Assembly: GCA_963726745.1 (NCBI GenBank)
Contig: CAVSDR010000004.1
Coordinates: 32,001 to 96,000 of the forward strand
Origin: an uncultured Verrucomicrobiae bacterium
GTDB taxonomy: Bacteria > Verrucomicrobiota > Verrucomicrobiia > Chthoniobacterales > UBA10450
DNA length: 64,000 nucleotides
Direction: 5' to 3'
Shown here: positions 1 to 10,163 of the stretch, one piece after another
How positions within the stretch are numbered: position 1 is the first letter of the stretch
Layout of the letters: each line of letters opens with the position of its first letter
Program-made: the position numbers and the translations under genes
The notes under the pieces: model-generated
Databases searched by the model: none
Told to the model about the DNA's origin: nothing
What the model saw: only the letters and a program-made list of their open reading frames with translations

Positions 1-1077
1 CTCGAGCGCGAGCTGCGCCGCGATCTCGCCGATGACCGAGGCAAACTTGAAGCCGTGCCCGGAGAAGCCGCCGCAAAGAATCACATCCGGATGTTCCGGG
101 TGGCGATCGACCACGAAATGCTCGTCGTCGGTTAACGAGTACATGCAAACCTTGGCCGCGAGCAGGCGTCCGGCCGCGCCCGGCATCCAGCTTTCCATCG
201 CGGCGACCAGCGGCGCGATGTCGCGCGCCTCGTCGATCTCGCGGTCGAGCTCCGGCGCGGAAGTGACCGTGCCGGCGCCGTGGAAGGCGGCCTTCACCCC
301 TTCGCCGAAATCGGGGAAGCCGTAGAGCGGCGCCGGGAAGTGGTCGCGCGTGACCAGGAACGAAGGAAAACCGGGAGCCGCGTAGCCTCCCTGCGTCGGC
401 TGGAACCACGCCTGCACCATGCGTTCCACCCGCAGCCGCACGCCGAGCGCGGCCAGCGTCTCGCGCACCCACGGCCCGAGCGCGAGCACCAGCCGGCGCG
501 CCGTGACCGTCTCGCCGTTAGCCAGCGAGATGGCGAAACCGACGCCGCGCGCTTCCCAGCGAGTGAGCGCGGTTGCAAAACGCAACTCCGCGCCCGCGCG
601 TCGCGCGACCCCGAGCTGCGCCGCGATCGCCCGCTCCGGTTGCAAGACGCCGCCATCCGTCTCCCAAAGCGCGACCTCTCCCGGCGCCAAGCGCAGGGTG
701 GGAAAGCGCTTCCGCAATTCCTCCCGGCCTAACGAGTCCACCGCCAGGCCGTGCTCCTGCGCTGCCCGCAGGGTGCCGCGAATGATCTCGCTCCCTTCCG
801 CGCCGATCGTGAGCAGCCCGGTGAGCCGGAGCAATTCCTCGCCACTCGCGTGCTCGAGCTCGCGCCAGAGCTCGTAGGCTCGCAAGACCAGCGGCACGTA
901 GGCGGCATCTTCGAAATACGCTTTCCGGATCATCCGGCTGCGTCCGCTGGAGGAGCCGAGCTCGTGACCTTCGGCGAATTGCTCCAGGCCGAGGACGCGC
1001 GCGCCCCGCCGGGCACACTGCGCGGCAATGGCACTCCCCATTCCGCCCAATCCGATCACGGCCACGTCAAATTCCAT
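1..1077 (-). CDS. solA: N-methyl-L-tryptophan oxidase / monomeric sarcosine oxidase (3' end runs off window)
   Basis: Manual translation, not in ORF track: MEFDVAVIGLGGMGSAIAAQCARRGARVLGLEQF..GSSSGRSRMIRKAYFED; C-terminal GFSGHGFKFASVIGE motif near base 1-70. Confidence 0.9.
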   Translation of the reverse strand, partial: MEFDVAVIGLGGMGSAIAAQCARRGARVLGLEQFAEGHELGSSSGRSRMIRKAYFEDAAYVPLVLRAYELWRELEHASGEELLRLTGLLTIGAEGSEIIRGTLRAAQEHGLAVDSLGREELRKRFPTLRLAPGEVALWETDGGVLQPERAIAAQLGVARRAGAELRFATALTRWEARGVGFAISLANGETVTARRLVLALGPWVRETLAALGVRLRVERMVQAWFQPTQGGYAAPGFPSFLVTRDHFPAPLYGFPDFGEGVKAAFHGAGTVTSAPELDREIDEARDIAPLVAAMESWMPGAAGRLLAAKVCMYSLTDDEHFVVDRHPEHPDVILCGGFSGHGFKFASVIGEIAAQLALE

Positions 1078-1089
1078 CGCTTGCAGAAC

Positions 1090-1939
1090 ATGACGCTTTC
1101 CGCAGAAAGACAAATTGGGCAAGCTCCCGCCGTGCAATCGCCTCCCGCACCCTGGCTCGTCTTCATCGGCCGCATCGGCTTTCTCGCGCAAGGCCTGGTC
1201 TACGTTTGCATGGGACTCTTCTCGGCCACGGCCGCGCTCGAAGGGGCCAGCCGCGCGACCGGCTCGCGCGATCTCCTGCAAACGATCGTGCGCCAGCCGT
1301 TCGGTCGCGTTCTCCTGCTTGTGCTCATCGGCGGGCTCTGCTGCTACGTCGTCTGGCGGGTTTTAGCCGCGCTCCTGGATGTCGCGAACGACGGCCGCGA
1401 TGCCAAGGGCCTGGCTCTGCGCGCGCGCTCCTTTGTTGTCGCGCTGATCTATGCCGGCCTCGCTTTTGCCGGCATTAAGACGCTCGTCGGCACGGGCGGG
1501 AAATCCGGCGGCGGCGACCAGGCGGCGCGCGACGTGGACCGCGACCGCGCTGGCCTCTCCGTTTGGGAAAACGCTGGTTGTTCTCATCGGCGCGGGCGTG
1601 GCCGTGGCTGGGATCGGGCAAGGTTATCGCGCTTTCCGGCAAAAATTTGCGGAGCAACTCGACCTCGGCGAGCTCGACAAGACCGCGCGCACCTGGGTGC
1701 TGCGGGTTTGTTCCTTCGGGCTGGCCGCGCGCGGCCTGGTCTTCCTGCTCGCTGGCGGATTTCTCGTGGCCGCCGGCTTGCATTCGAATCCCTCGAAAGC
1801 GCGTGGCCTGCCCGGCGCCTTGAGTTCGCTGCACGCGCAGCCGTTGGGCCGCTGGCTCTTCGCCTTCACCGCGGTGGGCCTGGCGGCATACGGCGTGTTT
1901 GCCTGCGTGAAAGCGCGCTACGGGAAAATCGCGCAATGA
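1090..1939 (+). CDS. DUF1206 family membrane protein, split by a +1 frameshift near 1534
   Basis: GRIGFLAQGLVY..QPFGRVLL repeat in first frame, continues as WTATALASPFGK..GLAARGLVF..QPLGRWL in ORF 1451..1939. Confidence 0.8.
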
Positions 1940-2601
1940 CCGCGCCGGCGCGCTTCCTCGACCTGAGCCACACGGTCGAACACGGGATGGTGACCTACCA
2001 AGGTCTGCCCGCGCCGGTGATTTGCGATTGGCTTAGCCGCGAAGCTTCGCGCAGCCGCTACGCGCCCGGGACCGAGTTCCAGATTGGCAAGATCGAGATG
2101 GTGGCGAACACCGGCACTTACATCGATAGCCCATTCCATCGTTATGCCGATGGGATCGATCTCGCGGAGCTGCCGCTCGAGTCGCTGGCTAATTTGCCCT
2201 GCCTGGTCGTGCGCGCGACGGAGCGCGAAAGCCGCGCGGTGAAAATGCTGCCTAACGAGTTGGATTGCCGCGGCGCTGCGGTCCTCTTCCACACCGGCTG
2301 GGCCAAACACTGGCGCACCGAGCGCTACTTCGCGGGGCATCCGCATTTGACCGCGGAATTAGCCGACGATCTGGTCGCGCGCGGCGCGGCGCTCGTGGGG
2401 ATCGATTCCTTTAACATCGACTCGACCGACGACGGCACGCGCCCGGTCCACTCCATCCTGCTCGCGGCCGGCATCCCGATCGTGGAGCACCTCCGCGGCC
2501 TGGAGCAACTACCCGATGCGGGCGCGCGGTTCTACGCGGTGCCGGTGAAGGTCAAAGGCATGGGCACTTTCCCGGTGCGCGCCTTTGCCCGGCTCGCTTG
2601 A
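1936..2601 (+). CDS. Cyclase family protein (kynurenine formamidase-like)
   Basis: DLSHTV, NTGTYIDSPFH, GIDSFNID, H..LL..GIPIVEHL motifs; ATGA overlap with upstream stop. Confidence 0.85.
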   Translation: MTAPARFLDLSHTVEHGMVTYQGLPAPVICDWLSREASRSRYAPGTEFQIGKIEMVANTGTYIDSPFHRYADGIDLAELPLESLANLPCLVVRATERESRAVKMLPNELDCRGAAVLFHTGWAKHWRTERYFAGHPHLTAELADDLVARGAALVGIDSFNIDSTDDGTRPVHSILLAAGIPIVEHLRGLEQLPDAGARFYAVPVKVKGMGTFPVRAFARLA

Positions 2602-2603
2602 AA

Positions 2604-2635
2604 GAAAGGCGCGGGAGCGAACCCCCGCGCCTTTC
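2604..2635. terminator. Probable bidirectional intrinsic terminator
   Basis: 12-bp stem GAAAGGCGCGGG / CCCGCGCCTTTC between convergent genes. Confidence 0.6.
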
Positions 2636-2658
2636 CGCTGCAACCAACAACTTGTTGG

Positions 2659-3003
2659 CTAAAATTCGAGCTCGAGGTCTTCCTCGCAGAAGTCGAAGGC
2701 CTTCGCCTCCGATTCTTCGCCGTCGGCAAACTCCGCCTTGAAGAACCATTTGCAGCCGCTGTCGTTCGTCTTCTTGTCCCAGTTTAAGGTCACCGTCTTG
2801 CCGGCGGGGATGCCCGCGCCGATGTCGAAAGCGCCGTAGGACTTGCCGTCTTCCGAGGCCATCAGCTTGGTGATTTTGTCCTTCGTGCTGTTATGCACCT
2901 TGAACGAGAACTGATCGTCCGCCGCGGCCAACTGGCGCACTGGGGTCATCAGGGTGGCGAAAGCGAGCGCGGCGAGCGCCGCCAACTTTAGGTATTTTTT
3001 CAT
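2659..3003 (-). CDS. Small secreted hypothetical protein (two Cys, beta-rich)
   Basis: Signal peptide MKKYLKLAALAALAFA; coding-like composition. Confidence 0.75.
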   Translation of the reverse strand: MKKYLKLAALAALAFATLMTPVRQLAAADDQFSFKVHNSTKDKITKLMASEDGKSYGAFDIGAGIPAGKTVTLNWDKKTNDSGCKWFFKAEFADGEESEAKAFDFCEEDLELEF

Positions 3004-3043
3004 TGGGGCTCGAAATAGCAGTTGATGTGCCGAAGGTAAAGCG

Positions 3044-3610
3044 ATGCCTACGCAAGCCGAAAGCGCCCTCGCCCTGCTGCACGAATGGGTCCAGGCGGAG
3101 AGTCTCCGCCGCCACTGCTACGCGGTCGCCGATGCCATGCGGCACTTCGCAAATCTGCGCGGCGCCGATGCCGATCTCTGGGAAGCCGTCGGCCTCTTGC
3201 ACGATCTGGATTACGAGCGCCATCCCACCGTCGAGGAGCATCCTTTTGTCGGCGTCGCCTTTCTCCGCCAGGAAGGCTGGAGCGAGGAAGTCTGCCGCGC
3301 GATTCTCGCGCATGCCGACTACGCCAACAGCCCGCGCACGACGCCGCTGGAGAAAACGCTCTACGCAGTCGACGAGTTGAGCGGCTTCGTGACCGCAGTC
3401 GCGCGGGTGCGCCCGACAAAAAACATCCGCGACGTCGACGTGGCCGCGGTGAAGCGAAAGATGAAGGACAAGGCCTTCGCGCGAGCGGTCAACCGGGAAG
3501 ACATCCTCCGCGGCGCCGCGGAACTCGAGCAACCGCTCGAGGAAGTGATCGCGCACGTCATCCAGGCGCTTCAGGCCGATGCCGCGCGGCTGGGGCTGGC
3601 GGGCACCTAG
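3044..3610 (+). CDS. HD/HDIG domain metal-dependent phosphohydrolase
   Basis: RRHC..GLLHDLDYE..H..ILAH..AVDELSGF motifs. Confidence 0.9.
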   Translation: MPTQAESALALLHEWVQAESLRRHCYAVADAMRHFANLRGADADLWEAVGLLHDLDYERHPTVEEHPFVGVAFLRQEGWSEEVCRAILAHADYANSPRTTPLEKTLYAVDELSGFVTAVARVRPTKNIRDVDVAAVKRKMKDKAFARAVNREDILRGAAELEQPLEEVIAHVIQALQADAARLGLAGT

Positions 3611-3644
3611 GGCGCGCCCGCCAGTGCCCACCAGAAGTCGCCGG

Positions 3645-4106
3645 CTAATCTTTGTCGGTCTCTTTCTCCTTGGCGTCGTCCTTGTCGTCGTCGTCCTCGC
3701 CGGCGCCCTTGCCTTCGATCTTAAACTTCCCGGTCGTCGCCAGCTTCTCGCCTTGGTAGATCTCCACGCGGTACTGGCCCACCGGCCAGCCTTTGGTCGG
3801 CTTGGTGAGCGAGAAGGCGCCAAAGAAATTGTCCTTGTCCGCGGTCAACGAGGCTTCGTCGATCTTGGTGCCCTTCGGCGCGGCGTCGCCCACGTCGTCG
3901 GCAATCCAGACGCCCTTCAGGACGTCGCCTTTTTTGGTCCCGGTGCTTCGGAAAAAGGCGTAGATCTTCGGCACGTCTGCGGAAAATTCATCCGTTGGCT
4001 TGGTTTCCTGGTCCTTGGCGAAAGCGACCTCCACTTTGGCATCCCCCGCGCGCGCGATCGAGAGACCGAAGGCGGCGCACAACACTAGAGCAAACATGCG
4101 TTTCAT
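3645..4106 (-). CDS. Secreted hypothetical protein with acidic C-terminal tail
   Basis: Signal peptide MKRMFALVLCAAFGLSIARA; GWPVGQYRVEIY Ig-like strand; EDDDDKDD tail. Confidence 0.75.
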   Translation of the reverse strand: MKRMFALVLCAAFGLSIARAGDAKVEVAFAKDQETKPTDEFSADVPKIYAFFRSTGTKKGDVLKGVWIADDVGDAAPKGTKIDEASLTADKDNFFGAFSLTKPTKGWPVGQYRVEIYQGEKLATTGKFKIEGKGAGEDDDDKDDAKEKETDKD

Positions 4107-4206
4107 GCGCGCGAGCTTGCCTAGCGTTCGCTCCGCGTCAAACCAGCGCGCGCCGGGCACGGGAAATCTGCCGCGGTGGTATGCAACTTTCTCTCCGAAG
4201 GGAGGT

Positions 4207-4560
4207 ATGCGGGTTTTGATCGCAGAGGATAACCACGAGGTCGCCGGGGCGCTCTCGGAGCTGGTTGGCGCGGCGCAGCACGAAGTCGTGGAAATCGCCG
4301 CCTCCGGTCTCCGGGCAATGAGCGCCTACGAGCGGCTCCGGCCGGACGTAGTCATGATGGATTACATGATGTCCGGGCTGAACGGCGCCACTGCCTGCCG
4401 CAACATCATGGCGAAACATCCGGCCGCCCGCGTGGTCCTCGTGTCCGCCGCGCTCCAACCGCATGATCTCTCGCGGATGGACTGCGGCGCGCGCGCGATC
4501 CTGCGCAAGCCGGTCGACTTGCTCGAGGTGCAGCGCGTCCTCGCAGAAGTTGCTGCCTAA
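4207..4560 (+). CDS. Single-domain response regulator (receiver)
   Basis: VLIAED, PDVVMMD, VSA, ILRKP receiver motifs; GGAGG just upstream. Confidence 0.9.
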   Translation: MRVLIAEDNHEVAGALSELVGAAQHEVVEIAASGLRAMSAYERLRPDVVMMDYMMSGLNGATACRNIMAKHPAARVVLVSAALQPHDLSRMDCGARAILRKPVDLLEVQRVLAEVAA

Positions 4561-4573
4561 CGAACGCCGCCGC

Positions 4574-4999
4574 TCAGTCTTTCACCTTCAAGAGCAGCAC
4601 CGGCACGTCGACCCGGTGCCGCACCTTGTCCGCGGTGCTCCCGTAGATCACGTCGCCGATGAAACCATGCCCATGCGTGGTCATGGCGATCAGGCTGACC
4701 TGCGCCGATTCCGCGAGCTTGATGATCTCGCTCGCCGGATCACCCATCGCCAGGACCGAGCTGGCCTCGAAGCCTTCGCTCCGCAGCTCGCCCTCGATGC
4801 GCGCGAGATACTCACGATCGCTCCGGATCTCCTCGCTCTCCTGCAACCGCAGTTGCTCGAAGTTCCGCGCGGCCCAGCCATCGGCCACGTGCACCAGGAT
4901 CAGTTTCGAATGCGCCATCCGCGCGAGCAGCCGGATGTGCTCCAGGATGGTGCGATCGGTCGCGCGGTTTTCCAAGGGGACAAGAATCGTGGAATACAT
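4574..4999 (-). CDS. Universal stress protein
   Basis: MYSTILVPLE..LIAMTTHGHG..YGSTADKV..VPVLL; AGGAG upstream of ATG 4999. Confidence 0.9.
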   Translation of the reverse strand: MYSTILVPLENRATDRTILEHIRLLARMAHSKLILVHVADGWAARNFEQLRLQESEEIRSDREYLARIEGELRSEGFEASSVLAMGDPASEIIKLAESAQVSLIAMTTHGHGFIGDVIYGSTADKVRHRVDVPVLLLKVKD

Positions 5000-5010
5000 C
5001 GGGGGGTCTC

Positions 5011-6372
5011 CTAGCTGATCCATTCACGGACGGTTTGCACCAGCAACCAGGCGTTCAGCGCGGCGATCACCAGGGCGATGATCCACGCCAGTCCCTTGAC
5101 GATCACGCCATTCGCAAACTCGCCCATCTTCAACTTGTCGTTAGTAAACATGACCAGCGGGAAAACTGCGAAGCTCAACTGCAAACTCAGGATCACCTGG
5201 CTCAGGACCAGCAGGTCGGTCGTGCCGCGCTCCCCGTAGATCGCGGTCACGATCACCGCCGGCACGATCGCAATCCCGCGCGTGATCAAGCGCCGCAGCC
5301 ACGGGCGCATGCGGATGTTAAGAAATCCTTCCATCACGATCTGGCCCGCGAGCGTCCCGGTGAGGGTGGAGTTTTGGCCGGAAGCGAGGAGAGCGAGCGC
5401 GAACAGGGTGCTCGCTCCGGTCACCCCAAGAAGTGGCGTGAGGAGTTGATAGGCTTCCTGGATTTCGGCGACGTCGTTCCGCCCGCGCGTGTAAAAAGTG
5501 GCCGCGGAGACGATCAAGATCGCGGCGTTGATGAAGAGCGCGAACATCAGCGCGAGCGTGGAATCGATCGTGGCGAATTTGATCGCCTCGCGTTTTCCCG
5601 GCGCGTTCAGCGCGTAGCGCCGCGTCTGCACGATCGAGGAATGCAGGTAGAGATTATGCGGCATGACGGTCGCGCCGAGGATGCCGATGGCGATGTAGAG
5701 CATCCCCGGATCGAGCACGATTTCCTTCGTGGGGATGAACCCCTTCGCAATCCCGAACAAGTCCGGCCGCGAGGCAATCAGCTCCCAGGCGAAGCAGCCG
5801 CCGATGACCGCGATGAGCGTGATGACCAGCGCCTCGATGTAGCGGAAGCCCTTATTCTGCAGGAACAGGACCACGAAGACATCGAGTGCGGTAATGCAGA
5901 CACCGTAGATCACGGGAATGCCAAAAAGGAGATAGAGCGCAATCGCCGAGCCGATGATTTCCGCGAGGTCGCAGGCCGCGATCGCGAGCTCGCAGATGAC
6001 CCAGAGGAAAAACGAAACCGGCCGGCTGTAGTGATCGCGGCAGGCCTGCGCGAGGTCGCGCCCGGTCACGATCCCGAGCTTGAGCGAAAGCGCCTGGAGC
6101 AGGATCGCCATCAGGTTGGAGATCATGATCACCGAGAGGAGCGCGTAGTTGTATTTCGAACCGCCCGCGAGATCGGTCGCCCAGTTGCCCGGGTCCATGT
6201 AACCGACCGCGACCAGGAAACCGGGCCCGGCAAAGGCCAGGAGCTTGCGGAAGAAGCTCGCGCCCGAGGGCACCAACATACTCCGGTGCACCTCGGAAAG
6301 GCTGGCCCGCACCGGCTGGGTGCGGAAACCCGCGGAGGTGTGAGCCTCCTCGGGCTCCTCGGAGTTAGACAT
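5011..6372 (-). CDS. mntH: Nramp-family Mn2+/Fe2+ transporter
   Basis: [34 protein letters not shown] signature motifs. Confidence 0.97.
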   Translation of the reverse strand: MSNSEEPEEAHTSAGFRTQPVRASLSEVHRSMLVPSGASFFRKLLAFAGPGFLVAVGYMDPGNWATDLAGGSKYNYALLSVIMISNLMAILLQALSLKLGIVTGRDLAQACRDHYSRPVSFFLWVICELAIAACDLAEIIGSAIALYLLFGIPVIYGVCITALDVFVVLFLQNKGFRYIEALVITLIAVIGGCFAWELIASRPDLFGIAKGFIPTKEIVLDPGMLYIAIGILGATVMPHNLYLHSSIVQTRRYALNAPGKREAIKFATIDSTLALMFALFINAAILIVSAATFYTRGRNDVAEIQEAYQLLTPLLGVTGASTLFALALLASGQNSTLTGTLAGQIVMEGFLNIRMRPWLRRLITRGIAIVPAVIVTAIYGERGTTDLLVLSQVILSLQLSFAVFPLVMFTNDKLKMGEFANGVIVKGLAWIIALVIAALNAWLLVQTVREWIS

Positions 6373-6380
6373 GGCTAACT
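6363..6380. promoter_or_regulatory. Candidate MntR/DtxR-family operator overlapping the mntH start codon
   Basis: 18-bp near-perfect palindrome AGTTAGACATGGCTAACT between divergent mntH and mntR; perfect TTGACA on minus strand at 6408-6403. Confidence 0.65.
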
Positions 6381-6465
6381 TTGTTGTCGTTGGGCAGAAA
6401 AGTGTCAACGGCAAAACTTTATCCGTTTGACCGAGGCCCGCCTTTGTCGAAACATCGGCAAGCCC

Positions 6466-6900
6466 ATGCCCGCCCGCGCCCAGTCTGCCGCTCGCAATTC
6501 CACTGCGGTGGAGGATTACCTCGAGCGCATCCTTGAGCTGATCAATTCCAAGGGCTACGCCCGCGTGGTCGACATCGCCTCCAGCCTCAAGATTTCCCAG
6601 GCGAGCGTGAGCAACATGGTCCAGCGGCTCGATGGCGAAGGCCTCTTGAAATACGAAAAGTATCGCGGCCTCGTCCTGACTACTGCCGGCGAAACGCTCG
6701 CGCGCAACATCGCCCGCCGGCACGAGTTGCTGGCTGATTTTCTCCAGCTCCTCGGGCTCGACGAGCGCGTGATCGAACACGACGTCGAGGGCATGGAGCA
6801 CCACATCAGCCCGCCCACGCTCCGCGCGATCGAGGCTTTGACTGCCCTCCTCCGGCGCCGCCCGGCGCTGCTTGCGCAGCTCGCGAAGTCGATCGCCTAG
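6466..6900 (+). CDS. mntR: DtxR/MntR family metal-dependent repressor
   Basis: [43 protein letters not shown]; divergent from mntH. Confidence 0.92.
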   Translation: MPARAQSAARNSTAVEDYLERILELINSKGYARVVDIASSLKISQASVSNMVQRLDGEGLLKYEKYRGLVLTTAGETLARNIARRHELLADFLQLLGLDERVIEHDVEGMEHHISPPTLRAIEALTALLRRRPALLAQLAKSIA

Positions 6901-6914
6901 CCGCTCCGCGTCGC

Positions 6915-8303
6915 ATGCAACCGCTCGTGCTGGCGATCGATCTCGGAAGCTCCTCGGTGCGCACGGCGCTCTTCCGTGCGAACGGCGCGCGCCTCCTCCC
7001 GAGCAGCGCCAGCCGCTCCTACGCCATCCGCTATTCCGCCGATGGCGCGGCCGAGCTCGATCCCCTCATCCTCCTACGCGCCGCCCGCGCCTGCTTCCGC
7101 GAGACGGCGTCGAAAGCGCCGCCTAACGAGAGCATCGAGCTCATCTCCGGCTCCGGTTTTTGGCACAGCCTGCTCGGTTTGGACAAAGCCGGGCAGCCGC
7201 TCACTCCGGTCTACACCTGGGCCGATGCGCGCGCAGCGCCCGATGCCGCGCGGCTGCGCGAGGAATTCTCCGAACGAGAAATCCAGCAGCGCACCGGCTG
7301 CATGCTCCGCGCTCCTTTCTGGCCGGCGAAGCTCCGCTGGCTCCGCCGCACCGAGCCCGCGGTCTTTCGCCGCGTGGCTGTTTGGATTTCACCCGCGAGC
7401 TGGATTTTCCGGGAGCTCTTCGGCGTGCTCGCGACGAGCGCTTCCATGGCCAGCGGCACCGGTCTCTACCAGCTCGCGACCGGGCAGTGGGATGCCGACT
7501 TCTGCCACGCCTGCGACGTGGACCCGGTCCAGCTCGGACCGATCGCGGCGAGCTTCGATATCTTCAACGCCCGCGTCTTCACCACGATCGGCGACGGCGC
7601 CGCGAGCAATCTCGGCTCGGGCGCGAACGGCGCGGGCAGGCTGGCGATCAACGTCGGCACAAGCGCGGCCGCGCGCTTGATCCTGCCACGCTCCGCGCGC
7701 GTCCCGCGTGGCCTGTTCAAGTTCGTAGTCGATCAGCAGCGTGTGGTCGTCGGCGGCGCGATCAGCAACGCGGGGAATTTGCGGAAGTGGAGCCTGCGGG
7801 AGTTGCGGCTCGCGCAAGACCCGCCGCTCGACCGCGCGGCCGCGGCCCACGATGCGCTCACGGTTTTGCCGTTCTGGGTCGAGGAGCGCGCGCCCACCTG
7901 GCCGGGCGAAATGCGCGGCGCCCTCGTCGGCTTGACTGCGGTCACTTCCGCGACTGACATCCTCCGCGCGCTCACCACGAGCGTCTTTTACCGGCTGGGC
8001 GCGATCGTCGATGCGCTTGCGCGCAAGTTCGGCGAGCCAGGGGAAATCATCGTTTCGGGCGGCATCCTGCAATCACCCGAGGCGCTGGCAATTTTAGCCG
8101 ACACTTTGGGCCGCGACCTGCGCCGCTGCCGGGAAATGGAAAGCTCGCTCCGCGGCGCCGCCGTGCGCGCGCTGGAGCAATCCGGCGCCGCGGTGAAGGC
8201 GCTGCCCGCGGGTCGCCTGGTGAAACACCGGCCTTCTCTCAGCGAACGGCACCGTGCCCGCCGCGCGGAACAGGAAGCGCTCGAGCGGCGCCTCGCTCGT
8301 TAG
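6915..8303 (+). CDS. FGGY-family carbohydrate kinase (gluconokinase-like)
   Basis: [41 protein letters not shown] motifs. Confidence 0.85.
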   Translation: MQPLVLAIDLGSSSVRTALFRANGARLLPSSASRSYAIRYSADGAAELDPLILLRAARACFRETASKAPPNESIELISGSGFWHSLLGLDKAGQPLTPVYTWADARAAPDAARLREEFSEREIQQRTGCMLRAPFWPAKLRWLRRTEPAVFRRVAVWISPASWIFRELFGVLATSASMASGTGLYQLATGQWDADFCHACDVDPVQLGPIAASFDIFNARVFTTIGDGAASNLGSGANGAGRLAINVGTSAAARLILPRSARVPRGLFKFVVDQQRVVVGGAISNAGNLRKWSLRELRLAQDPPLDRAAAAHDALTVLPFWVEERAPTWPGEMRGALVGLTAVTSATDILRALTTSVFYRLGAIVDALARKFGEPGEIIVSGGILQSPEALAILADTLGRDLRRCREMESSLRGAAVRALEQSGAAVKALPAGRLVKHRPSLSERHRARRAEQEALERRLAR

Positions 8304-9715
8304 GCCGCGGCGTCGCTTTGCGCTTTTTCCTGCGCCTGCGCTTCGCTGCTTAGCTTTTGAAAATGCAGTTCCTCGACCCGGCGGCCGTCGGTCTTGGTAA
8401 TCGTGACCAGGTAGTTTTCGATCCGCACCTGCTCGCCGTGCTTCGGCAGATGCCCCAGCAAATGCGTCACGTAACCGCCGATCGTGCTCACGTCCGAGCT
8501 CTCGAGCGTGAGGTCGGCCATATCCTGCAGTTCATACAGCCCGACCGCCCCTTCGAGGGTGAATTCGTTCTCGTTGATCGCGCGAAACTCCGCCTTCTCG
8601 GCATCGAACTCGTCCTGGATGTCGCCGACTAATTCCTCGAGCACGTTCTCCAGCGTGACCATGCCGACGGTGCCGCCGTATTCATCCACCACGACCGCGA
8701 GATGCGCGTGCTTCGTGAGGAAAAGATTGAGCAACTTCTCGAGCTGCATCATCTCCGGGACGTTCAAGACGTCGCGACGGATCGCCATCAAATCCGGCTG
8801 CGGGTGGCGCATCATCGGCACCAGCTCCTTGATGTGGATCAGGCCAATGGTGTTGTCGAGATGGCCGCGGCAAAGCGGGAAACGCGTGTGCCGCGACTCG
8901 AGCGCCTTGCGCACGTTATCCTCGAAGCTCTCCTCGAGATCGAGCGACACCACTTCGCCGCGCGGCGTCATGATATCGCGGACGACGCGACGGCGCATGT
9001 CGAGCGCGTTCACCAGAATGTCACGCCCGAGCGTGGAGACTTCCGCGGAGCCTTCGCTTTCCTCGAGGATCAAGCGCAGCTCTTCTTCGCTGTGCGCGAG
9101 CTCGCCCTCGGCCGCCGGTTCCAGGCGCAGGATCGAGCGCAGGACCCAATTAGACGACGCATTCAGAAACCAGATCGCCGGCCGGAAAATCGTGTAGAAG
9201 AACCGCAGCGGCGCACTCACCCAAAGAGTTGTCGGGAGCGGCTTGCGAATCGCGAGAATTTTCGGTGCCTGTTCGCCGATCACGATATGCAGGAAGGTGA
9301 TCAGCGAGAAAGCGATCGCGAACGAAACCGAGGTGATGATCGTGACCGAGGTAATGCCAACAAGAGCGAAGGCAGGCTGAAGGATCTGCGCCAGGAATGG
9401 CTCACCCAGCCAACCGAGCCCGAGGCTGGCGAGCGTGATCCCGAGCTGGCAGGCGGACAAATAGGCATCGAGATGGGAAGTGACGTGCTGCCCGGCGAGC
9501 GCGCGTTTGTTTCCCTCGGCTGCGAGCATCTCGAGCTGGCTCGTGCGGATCTTCACGAGCGCGAACTCCGAGGCCACGAAGAAGCCGTTCAGGAAAACCA
9601 ACAGCCCGATAATGCCCAGCTTCGCGAAAATGGCACCGGGCGATTCCCAGTGCTGCGCCAGCTCCGCGGCCGCGAGGGGCCACGAAGATTCAAAAACCAA
9701 AAATGAAATGCTCAT
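8300..9715 (-). CDS. Hemolysin/CNNM (CorC-like) family: DUF21 + CBS pair + CorC_HlyC
   Basis: [50 protein letters not shown]. Confidence 0.92.
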   Translation of the reverse strand: MSISFLVFESSWPLAAAELAQHWESPGAIFAKLGIIGLLVFLNGFFVASEFALVKIRTSQLEMLAAEGNKRALAGQHVTSHLDAYLSACQLGITLASLGLGWLGEPFLAQILQPAFALVGITSVTIITSVSFAIAFSLITFLHIVIGEQAPKILAIRKPLPTTLWVSAPLRFFYTIFRPAIWFLNASSNWVLRSILRLEPAAEGELAHSEEELRLILEESEGSAEVSTLGRDILVNALDMRRRVVRDIMTPRGEVVSLDLEESFEDNVRKALESRHTRFPLCRGHLDNTIGLIHIKELVPMMRHPQPDLMAIRRDVLNVPEMMQLEKLLNLFLTKHAHLAVVVDEYGGTVGMVTLENVLEELVGDIQDEFDAEKAEFRAINENEFTLEGAVGLYELQDMADLTLESSDVSTIGGYVTHLLGHLPKHGEQVRIENYLVTITKTDGRRVEELHFQKLSSEAQAQEKAQSDAAA

Positions 9716-9766
9716 CGCGCGGATGCCCTCCCTGGCATCCGGAACCTAACGTCTGCGGGCTCGGGA

Positions 9767-10036
9767 CTACCAGCTCGACTTTGTCACCCCGGGGATGAGC
9801 CCGGCGGAAGCGAGCTCACGGAAAGTGAGACGCGAAATTTTGAAGCGGCGAATAAAGGCGCGCCGGCGACCGCTCACTTCGCAGCGGTTGACTACGCGGG
9901 TGGGGCTGGCGTTACGCGGCAACTGCGAGAGCGCGGCATAGTCTTTCTTTGCCTTTAGCTCGGCACGCAGCGCGGCATACTTTTTCACGGTTTCACGCTT
10001 GCGTTCGTTGCGGTTGATCCAGGAAGTCTTCGCCAT
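9767..10036 (-). CDS. rpsN: 30S ribosomal protein S14, zinc-independent type
   Basis: MAKTS..LPRNASPTR..NRC..SGR.R..RELA..GLIPGVTKSSW; only one Cys. Confidence 0.97.
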   Translation of the reverse strand: MAKTSWINRNERKRETVKKYAALRAELKAKKDYAALSQLPRNASPTRVVNRCEVSGRRRAFIRRFKISRLTFRELASAGLIPGVTKSSW

Positions 10037-10051
10037 AAAAATTGAACGCGG

Positions 10052-10079
10052 AACCTATCGTCCGAAGCGGGCATTGCAA
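10052..10079 (-). promoter_or_regulatory. Possible sigma70 promoter of rpsN
   Basis: TTGCAA-N16-TAGGTT ending about 15 nt before the ATG. Confidence 0.35.
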
Positions 10080-10163
10080 GGGCTTTTTCGGGCGAATCTC
10101 GTTAGGGCCGCAGGCCCGCGCGCACCGCATCCAACGCCCCCGCCGCGCGCGATGCAGTTCTAC

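Noticed and set aside
751..2601. 616-aa ORF as a membrane protein-cyclase fusion
   Set aside because: Its first 113 aa are antisense to solA, and the join arises from the +1 frameshift in the DUF1206 gene; the cyclase has its own ATG at 1936
3017..3032. Sigma54-like CGGCACATCAACTGCT upstream of the 2659..3003 gene
   Set aside because: Spacing is right, but it would leave only a 3-4 nt leader and I saw no enhancer site; not supportable alone
3594..3634. GC hairpin between the convergent HD gene and the secreted-protein gene
   Set aside because: Overlaps the stop codon, is imperfect and has no U-tract; may be a terminator but is too weak to call
4177..4192. Sigma54-like TGGTATGCAACTTTCT before the receiver gene
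   Set aside because: The -12 element is TC rather than GC, and the implied TSS would fall inside the GGAGG site
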